A stretch of DNA of 64,000 bases, from assembly GCA_044892505.1 (NCBI GenBank), contig CM097882.1, positions 376,216,001 to 376,280,000 of the forward strand, given 5' to 3'. Source of the DNA: Schmidtea nova. Its lineage: Eukaryota. Under the pieces are notes generated by a model. The model saw only the letters and a list, made by a program, of their open reading frames with translations. It did no database searches and was not told the origin of the DNA. Below, in pieces: positions 26,406-40,407 of this stretch. How positions within the stretch are numbered: position 1 is the stretch's first letter; every line of letters starts with the position of its first letter. Position numbers and translations under genes: made by a program.

Positions 26406-27823
26406 CAGTAGAACTTAGATTATCCGGACTAATTGGGGATGAAAGTAGTCCGGATAATTGAAAGAAATTATAATTGAAAGGAAAAGACAAGTATATTCAG
26501 TATGAATAATTTTTATTTATTTACATTGTTAAATAGCTTTAATATTAAATTATTTTTTATTAAAAAAATTCAATTATTGATTTCTGCTTTATGTTAGCTT
26601 TTCTTTTTGAAGCTGCCAAATCGCGAATACTTTTAAGACATATAAGTTGTCCTGAATTACACTTTTCTTGATTCTCAAACCACTTTTTGGCGACATCTAA
26701 ACACTGAAAAACTTCAGAATGTGTAGGATTAATATCTCTCTCCTCGGAAACCTTTTCTTCGTCTTCTTGATCGTGTTCTTCTGAGGCAGATATTTCTTTA
26801 ATTACTTCCTCATCATTCAAAATTTGGAATTCAGGATCGTTTTCATCGCAATTTAATCACTCAGTTACATCTTCTTTATCGCAAGTAGTACATATTAAAA
26901 TTTGAGCTCTTTGTTTCCGAGATGTCTTCTATATCACTTTCTACTGCGTTACTCAAGCTTACTGATGGTCTTTTCAAAATTTTGTTTCATGATTTTTTCA
27001 AAGTTGACACATCTAAAGAATTCCAGCTATCTGCTGCCATATAGCAACAATCTTTTTAATTTATTTTCTTGCGGAAGCTGTTTACTGATTCATCATCATT
27101 TTCGTCGGTTAGCAATAATCGTCAAAGCATCTGTTTTCTATGTAAGCCTTTGAATGTTTCTATGACACCATGATCCATCGGTTGTATTACCGATGTTACA
27201 TTTGGGTGAAGAAATTTTTTTTGTACTATGGTGCAGTATTTTAATGTCTTGAGGCATTAAACCGGTCTCGTCTGCATTATTAATAAATTCTTCGTCGAAT
27301 CCTTCAAGTTACATGATACCATGTCGTCCTTTGAAATTTTCAAGTCAGTCCGAGCTTGCTTTGAATGTGGAATCTCAATTTAATCTTGTATTGAAAGATA
27401 TTGCCTTTTCACACAATAATGGACCAGATATTGGCTTTCCAAATGATCGTCTTTGTATGAACCACATAAAAATACACTCTTCAACGTCTTTATTTCCTGA
27501 TTTTTTCATAACATTTTGCTCTAAGCTTCCGTTTTTTGACATTAAACAATTAGTAAACTTCAAGATCTTTTCACTTTGTTTTTTAATATCTGAAATCTTT
27601 GACGTTCCGACACCATATGTTTAGACTAAGAACGTCCCGATTCATCGCGTTTCAAAGCATTGTTTATATCTAATTTGTTTTTTAATGAACTACAATACGT
27701 TTTCTTTTCGATAACATATCAGTAATATTAAAAATAAATACAATTTAAATAAATACAATTTTTTGCAGCAACGGTTTATTTTGTTACTTATTTATTAATT
27801 AATTTAATACTTAATGCTGCTAC
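26406..27823 (-). mobile_element. Tigger/pogo (Jerky-like) DNA transposon, internally deleted
   Basis: Left end CAGTAGAACTTAGATTATCCGG (Tigger-type TIR); CENP-B HTH segment DVEECIFMWFIQRRSFGKPISGPLLCEKA; NADETGL; VIQPMDHGVI; C-terminus KQKSIIEFF. Right end runs into an N-gap. Confidence 0.9.
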
Positions 27824-28171
27824 CNNNNNNNNNNNNNNNNNNNNNNNNNNNNNNNNNNNNNNNNNNNNNNNNNNNNNNNNNNNNNNNNNNNNNNNNNNNN
27901 NNNNNNNNNNNNNNNNNNNNNNNNNNNNNNNNNNNNNNNNNNNNNNNNNNNNNNNNNNNNNNNNNNNNNNNNNNNNNNNNNNNNNNNNNNNNNNNNNNNN
28001 NNNNNNNNNNNNNNNNNNNNNNNNNNNNNNNNNNNNNNNNNNNNNNNNNNNNNNNNNNNNNNNNNNNNNNNNNNNNNNNNNNNNNNNNNNNNNNNNNNNN
28101 NNNNNNNNNNNNNNNNNNNNNNNNNNNNNNNNNNNNNNGCAATGATTTAATTATAGAAAAACGCCAACTCA

Positions 28172-28393
28172 GTAAATTCAACATAAACGCGATATATTTC
28201 GATTGTATAACAATCTTCTTCAGGCGGCAATCAGGACAATCAATAATAAAATAGAAAATATGCTAAATTTTAACAAATTAATCAATAATAATCATCTCAT
28301 AGCATATTTTCTATTTTATTATTGATTGTCCTGATTGCCGCCTGAAGAAGATTGTTATACAATCGAAATATATCGCGTTTATGTTGAATTTAC
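28172..28393. repeat. Perfect 94-bp inverted repeat with a 34-nt loop, truncated by a gap
   Basis: 28172-28265 is the exact reverse complement of 28300-28393. Confidence 0.9.
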
Positions 28394-29563
28394 NNNNNNN
28401 NNNNNNNNNNNNNNNNNNNNNNNNNNNNNNNNNNNNNNNNNNNNNNNNNNNNNNNNNNNNNNNNNNNNNNNNNNNNNNNNNNNNNNNNNNNNNNNNNNNN
28501 NNNNNNNNNNNNNNNNNNNNNNNNNNNAAGTGTGTCTATGCAAATTTTTGAGGAAATTCAATGTTATGATATTCCAGAAAATTGAAATTAACGTCTAATT
28601 TAAGGGATAATTTTCATATTTTAGGAAAAAGTTCATTGATTGAATGAACTCGACTCGAAAATAGTCTTGAGATAAATTATAATGAAAGAAACCAATTTCC
28701 GCTAATGACAGAATATGTCTGCTAATTAATACCTCGACAAGAATTTTTAATGGAAGTAAAATGATAATTTTATGTAAGAAATATTCGAGACTGATAGGCC
28801 CAAATGAACAGAATTTTATGTTTCAAGGATATTGCAAATATGCTTAACTCAAAATCAGACTTGCAATTTATTAAAATGAAGTCAGAATTGGTGATGAGTT
28901 TTGTAGTTAAATTTCAAGCACAGAGGAATCTTATTGAAGTTTTATGAGTCCGCTTTAATAGATGTTTTCAATTCGTTAAATAATTTAATTAATTCAATGA
29001 AGCAGGTGAAATTTAATAAGTTTTCATTTTCAATTTCACTTGACGAAGTTTCTCTTGTTTTATTTTTTTTAACTATTTATCATTATTTGTTTTATATTTG
29101 ACATGAATTTTCGGCACTGCCATTTCTAATTGTTATTTGGCGAATTTAATTTACTTACGATAATAGAAATGTTTCAAAATATTTTTTTTCTATTTTAAAC
29201 TAATTTTATTGGATTATAACTATTTGTAAAATTTTGACTATCTGAGAAAAATGTTTATGAAAGAAGTTTCGAAAGCTAATCTTCAGAAATTTCTCATAAC
29301 TATTAGCTTCTGAGGCCTCTTTCAAAAAAAGGTAATATCATTCCATTAGCATCCACTACGTATAATCATAACTTCTTCGGTTCTTATTTTTTTTCAAATA
29401 AGCAATCAATTATTGAGGGATACCTTCAAGAAGTGCACAACTTCACGTGTTGTTTACAAAGAATATTCCGAAAAAATGCATTTTTGTGTCTCAAGGTCAA
29501 TGTAAAAACCGAGTTTATGTCAAATAGTATTTTGTCTTTATAGTTGTGCGCATTTAAACACTG

Positions 29564-30361
29564 TGTTGGGGTTTATAAAAAATGATGAAAATAAAAGCGC
29601 GGAATACCAAAAACATCAATAAAAACATCAAAAATAATTAAAGTACAAAAATTACTCAAAATTTTACAAAAATTAAAAATTAATATTTTACGGGGAAACA
29701 GGTCTGGTTGAATGCCAAATCTAGAGGCAAACCCAAATATAACAATAAGAAATCTAGTGAGGGGTCCGTGGAGAAAGTTATAAGAAAAGAATAAATCAAT
29801 TAAAATCAATTAATCCCCTAATGGGAAACCCAAGCTAATGATAAGCATGAAATGTGAAGAAAGCTGAGCTAAATCGAAAGCGCGTATTATCAATAAAGTA
29901 ATTAATTTTATTTAGAGTAAATTACCCTAAGATCCGGCCCGGGCAAATTGCTCCACAATTTCGGAAATAATTGTCAGACAGCGATTAAAAGTATTTTGAC
30001 AACGACAATATAAAAAAGAGAGTTGCTGAAAGACAAGAGCGGCAAAAACCTGGTAACTGAGACTGAGATTCAACCATTGAGCTACAACGAGCTAGAGGTC
30101 GGATAAATTAGAAGAGAAACAAATTTATGTTTAAAATATTAGCCATATTGACGTACAGAAAAGGTGATTTCCCTTTGGATAACCTACTTTACGTCAATAA
30201 ACCTTTTTGCCTAAAGAATACTGCAAATACAGTGACAATTGTAATTTGTTTTTGAAGAGTCAATAAATTTGTTCTGTGATGGATTTTTATCATTTGATTT
30301 ATAAAAAAGGGACAGCATTAGTCGACAGGAGATAAACGACTAATTAAATAATAGCCCAACA
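29564..30361 (+). mobile_element. Solo LTR, relative of the 1400-6002 family
   Basis: TGTTGGGG...CCCAACA termini, TSD ACTG, ATGGGAAACCC motif at ~29821. Confidence 0.9.
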
Positions 30362-31385
30362 ACTGTAATTACATCAGTTTGGTTTGATATAACTTTTGTT
30401 ACATATTTTGATGTATGGCATGCCAAAATGCAAAAGAAAATGTTTAATACACTTCTTGTAGGCAACCCTCGTTTTCACCCATTAAAATTAAATTAAAATA
30501 TAAAATCGTAAATTTTTTTTATTACCGCAGCTTTATTAAATTTATCATAAAATCATTTGATAAAAGCAGTGCCGAAAATTTAAATTTAAATTTATTATTT
30601 TCATTATTTTTTTTGCAAATAAAAATAAAATTATGATCGATTGTTTAAAATTAAATGAAAATAAAATAAAACTGAAAATAAAATCTAAAGTGACGAAAAA
30701 AATAAGAAATTATAGATAAAGTTTGTCAAAATATTCGTTTTTCTTACGACAATTGTATAAATTAATTCATTTTAATTGAGTTTAGAACTAATCGAAATTC
30801 TTTTTTTCATCTTCTTTTGTTTCTTTATTGATATTTTCATGCAATTTTCAGTTAATCCTCATCCAAAAATTTAATTTTTTTGTGATTTCTATATTAAAAT
30901 ATTTATTTATATTTATATATTTTTTGTTGTGGATAACTAAATAATAAATTAAATATTATCACAAATAAATAAAATGATTGGGGTGGAATTAACAAGGTAA
31001 ATGATGTGATGTTTTGAAATTCGGAGTAAGAGGAAGGAAGAGCGAAAATTGCGAAATAAAAGAAATCGATCAATTAGTCAGAAAAGGACATTCCTAATTA
31101 AGAAGTACAAAAATGCAAAAGGAATTCCGAAATAGAAAAACAAAAACAAGCTTGTCAGAGATATCAGGATTGCAGAAGAAAAAATCGGCTAAAAAGGGAA
31201 GCATTGCATATATTGACAACGGTATAATAATGCGGGAGTAAGGAGAAAAATATGAAGTATGTTGGAGTCATAAAAGGAAAAAACAAATTTTATCTCGAGA
31301 GCCAGAAAATGACGAGCTATAAAAGGGAAAGCCACAGTAGTTGAATCAGAGGTTTTATTGAGAAATTTAGATTGGGAGAAATATT

Positions 31386-32262
31386 TTTTGGGTTATTATC
31401 AAATAGTCGGTTGATATCTGACTCTTGTGTTCTTTTTTTAACAATAATGAATTTAGCCCAACACAAAAATCTTTATTTTCAACTTTATCAAACACAATTT
31501 TGAATACACAAAGTTATCAAATGTTCTCTGCTCTCTTCAAGCGTTAGTGTAGGTAACCCAGTGGGAAATCTTCTTTTCTGGTAAACTTGAGTTAATTTGG
31601 ATTCTAACCTTTAGTTCTCTCTAAACATTTCTTTCTATCGCTTCTAACTAGTTAGCTCAATGTTCAAATTGTAAATTTTCTTTTCGACCACACTGGCAAT
31701 TTTTTCAACTCACCCTGAGTTTATCTAGTGACTTCGTCAGTTTAGCCTGTCGCTTTAATATTATTTCCATTAATTGTTTTTGAAGTTTTTTAAACAAAAT
31801 AATCAAATTATCCTATTACTGGGGTCTGTCCCAGGTTTAATTTATTTTTGGTCAAATTGAATTTTTGGCTTATCCCGGGGCATTCTTTAACCATCCAATT
31901 CTCTTGGATAATCTAATTATTTTGTTGATGACCGGGGTTTCCCATTAGCTTTGGCTTTCTATTAGCTCGGGTTTTCTAGTTAACTAATAAATTATTTATT
32001 AATTTTTAATTAATTTTTTATTTATTGAATATTTTTTTTCTGTGGACCCCTTTTTTATTTTATGTAACTATATTTCAATTTGTCTCGTCATTTGACATCC
32101 TCCATACCAGTTTCTCTCAGTAAATCTTTATTTTTGAATTTTTATAAATTTTTTAATATTTGTACTTTAATTATTATTTTCAAATTTTGTATTTTTATTG
32201 ATTTGCACATAGTTTTTGAGCATTTTCATTTTATTTTCGTGATTGTTTACACAACCCCAACA
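31386..32262 (-). mobile_element. Solo LTR, relative of the 1400-6002 family
   Basis: Start TTTTGGGTTATT (TG decayed), end CACAACCCCAACA; GGGTTTCCC cluster and CATACCAGTTTC block shared with the 1400 LTR; TSD imperfect (TATT/AATT). Confidence 0.8.
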
Positions 32263-32437
32263 AATTAAAAGTTTGGATAAATTAAATAATTTACATTCGA
32301 TAAGTTATATAATTTGAAAAAGAAATTGTATTTAGAAGGTAAAAAGAACGAAGAATTAGAAAATTAGAAAATAGTCAAAGTATATTGAATAAATAAATAC
32401 AATTTTTTTTGTCGTTAGCAGAGTTTATTAAAATATT

Positions 32438-32630
32438 ATAATAAGGTAACAGTGTTAAGCCTTCTCCGCAATGTTTATTTAAATTTTAAATGAAAGATTT
32501 CGATCTTAAAATGATCCTGGTCACTCCAATGCGAAATTCTTTCCAATTGACTTCTCACTTTTTCTGGATATTTTCTTTCTCCTGAATAAATAAACATTGC
32601 AGAGAAGGCTTAACACTGTTACCTTATTAT
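32438..32630. mobile_element. MITE-like element with 43-bp TIRs
   Basis: ATAATAAGGTAACAGTGTTAAGCCTTCTC(C/T)GCAATGTTTATTT inverted at both ends (1 mismatch); TA-rich flanks. Confidence 0.75.
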
Positions 32631-35600
32631 TATATATTGAATAAAGTAGCAAGTCAAAACACGAAAACAACCGAAAATCAATTGCCAATAATTTATTCTA
32701 AATCAGTGGTCAGTGATTGTTGTATTCTAGGAATTATACATTAGGGCTATTCCTCATGAAGTGTTGTAATAAGCACTGTGTATTTACCTATTTTGGTGTT
32801 GAATTGATCGTATCATTGTAAATATTGTAATCAACTGTGATAATCAATAAAGGTTTATACTGTCTGAAATTGTTGTTTTGTGGATCAGATTGTTAAAGCT
32901 GTATTCTTATTATTGTTATTGTTGTTATCGTTGTTTTTGTGAATTTCGAAAAACTGATTTCTTATTGCGCTTGTTGTTGTCGTGAGCATCCTCTCGGATA
33001 CAAGGTGACCCCCTCCCTATTTTTTATTTTTTCATTTTAGTTAATTGTCAGGATTGACAAGAATGATAAAAATAAAATTATGAATTGAAAATTAGAAAAT
33101 TGAAAATTAGAAAAACGTCGATTGGAAATTAACAACTGAGAAATTGCGAAGCAAATAAAATGGCAAATTAAGAAAATCAATTAAAACGACTAAGAAATAG
33201 CCAGGGGAAAAATAAACGAGAACAATTAGAAAACTACAAAAGAAAAAACAAAACAGAAACTGCAAAATGCAAACAAATAATTGAATATCAAAGTTAAAAC
33301 TTTATCTAGAATAGAAGAAAATACAGTAGCCAACTTATATTTTGAGAATCATACAAACTTTCGATTTATTTTCTGTATCTTACACGTACATGAGTAATTG
33401 TTATTTTGTATTCTATTTTCGTTAAGTAAATAAAATTTGCTACAACATTACTTTGGTTTGTTAATAATATAATGATAAACACACGTAGGCACACAAATAC
33501 ACAACACGCACCCAAGCTGTCCCAAGACAGATTTTTACCGGTGAGCCGGCTGGGCTCTACAGTTCTTCTCACACATATTATAAATAATAACATTCCAAAA
33601 ATAAAATACAATCACCAACTAATAAATCCACAAGACAAATTTAGGCTATATTACAGATAAAGCACGCTTTGGAATTAGAAAATTTCAATTTCACCAACAA
33701 CCCAAAAATCTAACATTTTTAATTAATAAATAAATATCAAAAACATTATTTAAATGGTACGTTATCTTTTGAAAAAAATTATAAATTTTTAATATTTAAT
33801 TGTGATTTAATGGCGTTATTTAAGTTTAACATGATTAGCTGTCCTGGCACCAAATAAAGAGTTGTTTTTAATTTAGAGGCAAAAGAATAACCAAATAAAA
33901 ATAATTGTATTTTTAATCTATTGAATGAAATTTGATTTGACTTAAAAAATAATTCTTGTTCTTTAACATATCTAATAAATAAAAATAATGATTATGAATT
34001 ATTTATCAAATTTTAAATTTCTTTAAATCAGGAAATATTTTTTTGTCAGTGAATATAAAATTGATTCGATTTTTATGTGATATTTTTTACAAAGCTATAA
34101 TGGATTAGATGATTTTTATAATATGTATAATGAAATACATATAATTATTAATATAATTATTAAAGAAAAAGAAATGACCAATTAATCTGTCTGAATATCA
34201 GACAGTATGAATGAATTAATGTCTCAAGCAAATCTGTAACTTTAACTTTATTTTATTTTCATTTATTTTTGTTAGCTTATTGGGTAATATAGTAGTGTTG
34301 GTGTATGAGTTGTTAAAGATTGCCGTTGCTAGGGATTACTGTAACTCACACACATGAAGACTATAAATATCTCTCGCTCGAATGCCTATAGTTACTTCTT
34401 CGTAATCTATGGGGGTAATGTACAAGATGGTACGAGAATTCAATGATCAGGTGAGGTTTTTAACAAAACTACTCCATTGCATTCTCTATTTTCGGGTTCC
34501 TGTTGCCGATAGAATTCTTACATGCATAATTACTCTTTACTTTAAAGTTTCTCTTAAATTTATTAACTCCTAACTTTCTATAACATCATTTTATGATATT
34601 TAACATCTATGCCTATTTATTTTCCAAAATATCTGAATAGCATTCCGCCTTTACTTCCCGTTTCACTTTACAATTATACCCCTTAATTGCCTTTTAACCG
34701 AATTTATCTTTATACTTTAATAAGGTGATGGTTTGAGACCCCGTTCCAACTCTTCGGTTCGGTTTCTCCAACGCATCCGGAACTCGTTGCTAGTGAGTCG
34801 ACAGCGCTCGTCCTAAATAAGTTTAATCCGGGGAAATCAAATTGAGACAGAGCAAAAATAAATAAAATCAATAGTAGGATTGTGTCCATGTCAGATACAG
34901 TACCCCCCCCCGATGTTATGTAATAAATGACCTTTGATATATATAATGTAATAAATTACGTAAATATTCATAATAATTGACTTAGTTCCATCATAGTTGA
35001 ACCCAAATTATGTCATATTTGTACCCATATTTGTACTCTATTTCACTTGCCAAAAAATACATTTTATACCCATGATATATTTGAACTGGCTTCAAAATAA
35101 CTTTCTTTGATTTGACTGTCTTTTCTGAATCAATTGTATTAGAACCATTACTGCTAAATAATTTAGTTCCTAGCGCTTTAAAAAACAATAACTTTAATAA
35201 TTTAAAACTTATATTTATACTAAACTTGAGATTATGTGGTTGCGCCCGCTTCATAAAATATTTAAAAGTAATTAAAATTGATTGGTGTGACAGATTGTGT
35301 GGCGAGCCTGGAAGCCTGAAGCCGTTAGACAGTCTTAAATGATTAAATGTAAAATGCTTTCTGGATGTTGCAATTTTTTTATCAAGAAAAGACTTATATA
35401 CATGAAAGTGATTTCTCATGAATCGTCGAGAAATTTTTATGCTGTTTTACCAGAAATACCGAGGAAATCTTCTATGATTATAGTAAATAATTCTCAAAAA
35501 TTATGGGAAATGTTTATCGATTTTTCGGGATAGATATATGATTTTGAGATAGACTTAAGTATCCTAATTGATATTTTAAATGAAAGTAACAATAATATAA

Positions 35601-36169
35601 ATTTTGAAAATTCTATTCTTAAAGTGGAAGATATTATTTGCGATATTGATTTGCAATTTTAATCTTTAAAAATGTATGATTAAATGAATGATCAACCTTT
35701 TTTCTTTCTAAAATTATTTTCGAAAAATTATTAAACAAAATTTTGATTGCTTGTTTAAATAATTCAAGTTTGGTTAAAACTTTGGAATGAGTTTTGGAAT
35801 TTAAGTTTTGGAATTGTGTTGAGTGAGTTTTTAAATAAAATAAAAGTTTCTTCTGCTGGAGTTGTTTATTTTGTTATTGTGGAATCTGCGTTAAAATGTT
35901 ACTAAATGGGTAAAATTGATTGCAATGTTATATTGGCTCCTGAAAGTCGCGCAACAATGAAAAACGATCATTTTTAGATGTTTTATAGCCCAGTGGGAAA
36001 CAATTTATCAAATGAAACCGATATTGGAACGGATTATGACAGAGGTTCGTTAGAGTTTAACGTTGAAGAGTATATGAAAAAAGCCACAACAAGTTTCATT
36101 CGTAGATACCGTGGGAATTTCCTCAATCAAAATAAATCACGTACAACGAAATCGTTATCAATCAAATAT

Positions 36170-36420
36170 TTATTTCCTTGTCGATATCTCGGCAGTCGAG
36201 CTTTTGCAAAGGTTTATCTAGGGAATCACGTGTCGAATGAGAAAAGGTTTAATGCAATTAAACTATTGAATAAAGAAAAGGTCATCGCTGATTACCAGTT
36301 GAGGAGTCATTTATATCTCCTAGATAGCACCGCTCGGTTCTATGTCGGTCAAATCGTGTTGGCGTAGAAATATTTGCATTGTCCTAATGTTGTCGATAAG
36401 TTTTTGAAACCGGAAAATCA
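36170..36420 (+). pseudogene. AGC-family Ser/Thr kinase pseudogene fragment
   Basis: YLGSRAFAKVYLG (Gly loop), NAIKLLNKEKVI (VAIK), TARFYVGQIVLA*KYLH..NVVDKFLKPEN (HRDLKPEN decayed); internal deletion and stop. Confidence 0.75.
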
Positions 36421-37264
36421 CAGAAAATCATGGAATCCGATAATCGTATTAATTCTTTCGTGTCTCAGCATCAGTCACAACTGGCTTGGATCAACCATTA
36501 TGTATGCATCCAAATTAATATATTTGAAATACGTTCAAATTGTAATTCAATTAAACAAAAAGAATATTATTATAAAATTTTATTAAACAATAAAATCTTA
36601 TAATTTTATAAAACACTTAAATAAAAATATCAATAAAACCTAATAATTATATAAAATCTTTAACAGTCACAAAAATGAAATTAACATAAAAACAAAATAT
36701 TAGAAAATATGAGCAACATATAAAAATAAAAACAAATACAAATAAATACAGATAAATACAAATAAAGTATAAATATTTTATTAGTTATCAACACTTTGGG
36801 CTCTATGTCATCTTTCGAGCTGATAAATGATATCCTCGTTATCTTTCATAAGCCTCCAATTTTGGCAACATTTGCAGTGTATACAGCAAATGGGCTCCAG
36901 CTTTATTGGTGGTTCTTCAATATTTCTTTTGTGTTATGGGAGCACCTCCTTTAGGTTCACGCCACAGAACGCCCATATTTTAAGAGTAATGAATTCTGGA
37001 TCCCACAACATCATAATATTCATTTCTTATGGGTATAGTCTTCCCATCGTTTCTATTGTGATTTGAAATAGTGATTCTAAAATAATTTATTAATTAAATT
37101 ATAATAAGAACAATAAGGCTTACCGTTTAGAGAACTTGACATGTATTTTTATTATTTAACTAAATAAATGATGACAAAATTTTGAAACACACATTGACCA
37201 ATCATAAACATACACTCTCATTACGTATAATGTTAGCATGATATAATAGGGGTCAAAGATCAAA

Positions 37265-37904
37265 TATGATAAGTCTTCCAAAGGAAGATCTCCCTTTCTG
37301 GTACGCTTGAAGAATGAATTTAACTTGTAACTTTTAAACTGTCAATCCTGACTCGTTTACCGGGTTCTCTCGTTCGAAATTTTTTTACATTTTTCTTCGA
37401 CCACTCTGGCAAAATTTGATGTTTGCCTCTCCTTTTTATAGTGCTTCTTTTGATGGATTTTCAACTATGCTCAAGCCGTCTAACGGTTGTTCCCGATTTG
37501 AAATTTTCTAAATTACTAATTATCCTTCTGTCAGCTACGCTTTTCTGGTTTCATCTACAGTTAATTTTCTCAGGAATAATTACCTGTCTTACTGCTCATC
37601 CGGGCTCCCCACACTATTCGGGCTCTCTATTGTCTCGGGTTTTCCAATAGCCAATTAATTCCTAATTTATTTGTTAATTTGTTAATTCTTTTCTTCTCGG
37701 GACATCCCATTATTTTTATTTTAGTTTTTTTGGATTCGTCTCAATATTCGGCATCCACCCATACCAATTTCACCCTCATAATCTTTATTTTGAATTTTTA
37801 TAAATTTTTAATTAATGTTTGCACTTTCATTATTATTTTTCAAATTTTCGTATTTTTATTGATTTGTGCATAGATTTTGTGCTTTTTAACTTTTTATTTC
37901 AAGC
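37265..37904 (-). mobile_element. Partial solo LTR closely related to 21247-22051
   Basis: Reverse-complement match to 21300-21865 (e.g. GATAAGTCT.C.AAGGAAGATCTCC.TTTCTGGTACGCT.GAAGAAT); cut by an N-gap. Confidence 0.8.
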
Positions 37905-39160
37905 NNNNNNNNNNNNNNNNNNNNNNNNNNNNNNNNNNNNNNNNNNNNNNNNNNNNNNNNNNNNNNNNNNNNNNNNNNNNNNNNNNNNNNNNNNNNNNNN
38001 NNNNNNNNNNNNNNNNNNNNNNNNNNNNNNNNNNNNNNNNNNNNNNNNNNNNNNNNATTTGCAACTTCCAACCGGGTGCAACTATATAAGGTGAAACACT
38101 CCGAAAACATTTTTTTGAAAGGAATTTAATACTTCCTAAAGACTTCCGAAATTTTGAGACGACCACTACTGCGGAAAACCGACGTTGGAAAAGAATAGTT
38201 TCAAGGATCCTTTTTGCTACAGAGTATATTGCTTGGACGATCTATACGAGACTCATATGGAACGTTTTTCTAACTGTGAGGCTCATGATAGTTAAACTTG
38301 GGTTGGCGGATCATGCCCCCGTTACCCTATGTTGGGTATTTTATTTTATTGGATATTTTAATGATTTTTTTGTAGTATATTATTCATGTCTCACGTACTT
38401 ATACATGTTAATATTATGCATTTTAATTTTTTATGTTATTCATATCATGATTTATTAATTATGTCATACTTAAAAAATGTTTCGGAAAAAAATCTACGAT
38501 ATTCTAAAATATTCCAAGGAGTCGGCCCAAATCATCCCATGAATGAACGTCCAATTGGTTGAGATGGAAAAATAGCGTAAACTGATATGGTCGGAGATCA
38601 GAATAATGACAGAGATAATGTAGAAGTTCCGATTATGGTGCCGAAAAATCGATTCAGTATGGACAAATTTGGAAGGCACCGAGAAGTTCAGGAAACAGAT
38701 CAAGCTACTCCAGGAGCAGGCTGCTGGCGATGACCTCCAAAAATGGACACTATAAGATGACAATAAACGACCGCGATACTGAACTCACGTGGAGCTGTTT
38801 TCAGTGCGGACAGGAGAGACCAACCCATCCATTACAGCTCAGTCAGTCAAGATGCCGGACCTATCTGAAAGATGAAGGCCCAGCAAAGAGGTACGCGCTC
38901 GACGAAAAAGGCCTCAAGAGGCCTGAGTGCTGAGACAACTCAGAAAAGAGTGTCGAAATCATTGATATTTCCATCAAGCGAAACATTTGAACTAGTTTTG
39001 TGCATCTATTGAGTAATATTTTGTTTTAATTTTATTTTTCTTGTGTAAAGCTGTTGATTGTGTGGAATGTGTTATGGCAAATATAATTTATATCCAATCT
39101 GCATTTTTTGCTATGACTTAGTATATTAATATTAAATATCTTTATTTATATTAAAATAAC

Positions 39161-39470
39161 ATGAACTACTATCTTAGATTTCGAGAAAGACATTCGAGAT
39201 TTAAATTGTGCATCAAGTTATACTACAATCTAGAAATCAGACAGTTAGTGCGGGACACAAATGGGCAAAGAACCTTCCATCAGTATCCCTTGAACCCATT
39301 GTGGCATTCAGTTTCGAATGTTTCAACGCTCACTGTTTGCGAATGTCCACCCATTTGTTGCATTGTCAATGTTACACTTTATCGGGCAACAAGATGGTTA
39401 AATAATGTTTATGTGTTGAGTTGTTGATGATGAGCCATAGCAACGTCAAGGTCACATTGACGGTCAAAGA
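39161..39470 (+). pseudogene. Polinton/Maverick-type protein-primed PolB fragment (second copy)
   Basis: Nucleotide homology (inverted) to ~44770-45000; FECFNAHCL..THLLH..YTLSG resembles the FE.FR..CL...LDP.HY.T.PG region. Confidence 0.6.
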
Positions 39471-40029
39471 CACTCCACTCCTATTTAATAATTTATTATT
39501 TGGTGTTATCGTGGATTTTAAATTACATTATTGTTGTGCTTGTATTTTCGACGCGTTCTAAAAAATTAAAAATTTCACTTCTGTCAACCAAACAAAGCCA
39601 ATACTCATAATAATTTCTGTTTTTGGAAATGTATCTAAAGATTATTGAAAAATAACATTTTTTTAATAGTAAGTTGTTATTGTCCCATTACGTATTGTTA
39701 TTGTTAGTGTAAATGCAATTGCTTAATTAAATAAAAACATATTAATTATAGAATGTGAAAATTTTAAATCTATTTTAATTTTGAATACTTTATTTAAATT
39801 TGAATAATTAGTAAATTATTATAGTTTAAAGTTTATTTTTATTTATATATTACTGAATCAATTTTATATTTCATAAATAGAATTTGAAATTCAATATTTG
39901 TTCACTTACACTAATTGAAATTTTTAAACACTAATAATTTGATTCGAAATTTCTTGAAAAGAATAAACATATCATTATATTTATTCTATTATATTGTATC
40001 AATTGGTTCAAATTTCAGCGTTTTATTAT

Positions 40030-40407
40030 ATGAATTTATTAAGTATATTAACAAAACCAACCTCAGAAAAGCTAGAAACTCTATTGAAACTTAGTAAAAA
40101 ATCATGCTTAAAAGATCCAACTATGTATAATGTATGTCAATTATCTAAAATTCAGCAAGATGTTACACAGAATAAATTCACTGAAAAGTATTTTATAAAT
40201 GTCTTAATAGTAAATTTTTAAAAGAGTTTTCCAGAGAATTTAGTGGTGAATTATACTATGAAAATAGGTGTGGAATTTACCTTTGTGTTATTTGTAAAAC
40301 AGGACTGTTCTCGTCAAAAACAAAATTTACATCGAAATGCGGATGGCCGTCGTTTTCTGATGGAATTAATATAAACAATTTCCATTTTGTCAAAGATACA
40401 TCTTATG
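40030..40407 (+). CDS. MSRB: Methionine-R-sulfoxide reductase B, first two visible exons (40030-40187, 40235-40407)
   Basis: A 47-nt GT-AG intron joins QLSKIQQDVTQNKFTEK to EFSGELYYENRCGIYLCVICKTGLFSSKTKFTSKCGWPSFSDG; donor GTAAAT at 40408. The downstream catalytic exon was not found. The start ATG is inferred. Confidence 0.85.

Noticed and set aside
34290-35533. Possible LTR after a G9 tract (34903-34911) and a possible decayed LRR-like frame at 35112-35400
   Set aside because: No matching LTR end or TSD, and no motif strong enough to call by eye.
13385-38166. ORF-track entries containing long X runs (13.4, 18.2, 27.8, 28.3 and 37.9 kb)
   Set aside because: Artefacts of translation through N-gaps.
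38490-38940. GC-richer decayed coding-like segment (also 25240-25790, 30960-31380, 36780-37060)
   Set aside because: Probably transposon debris, but no motif could be recognised; needs a profile search.
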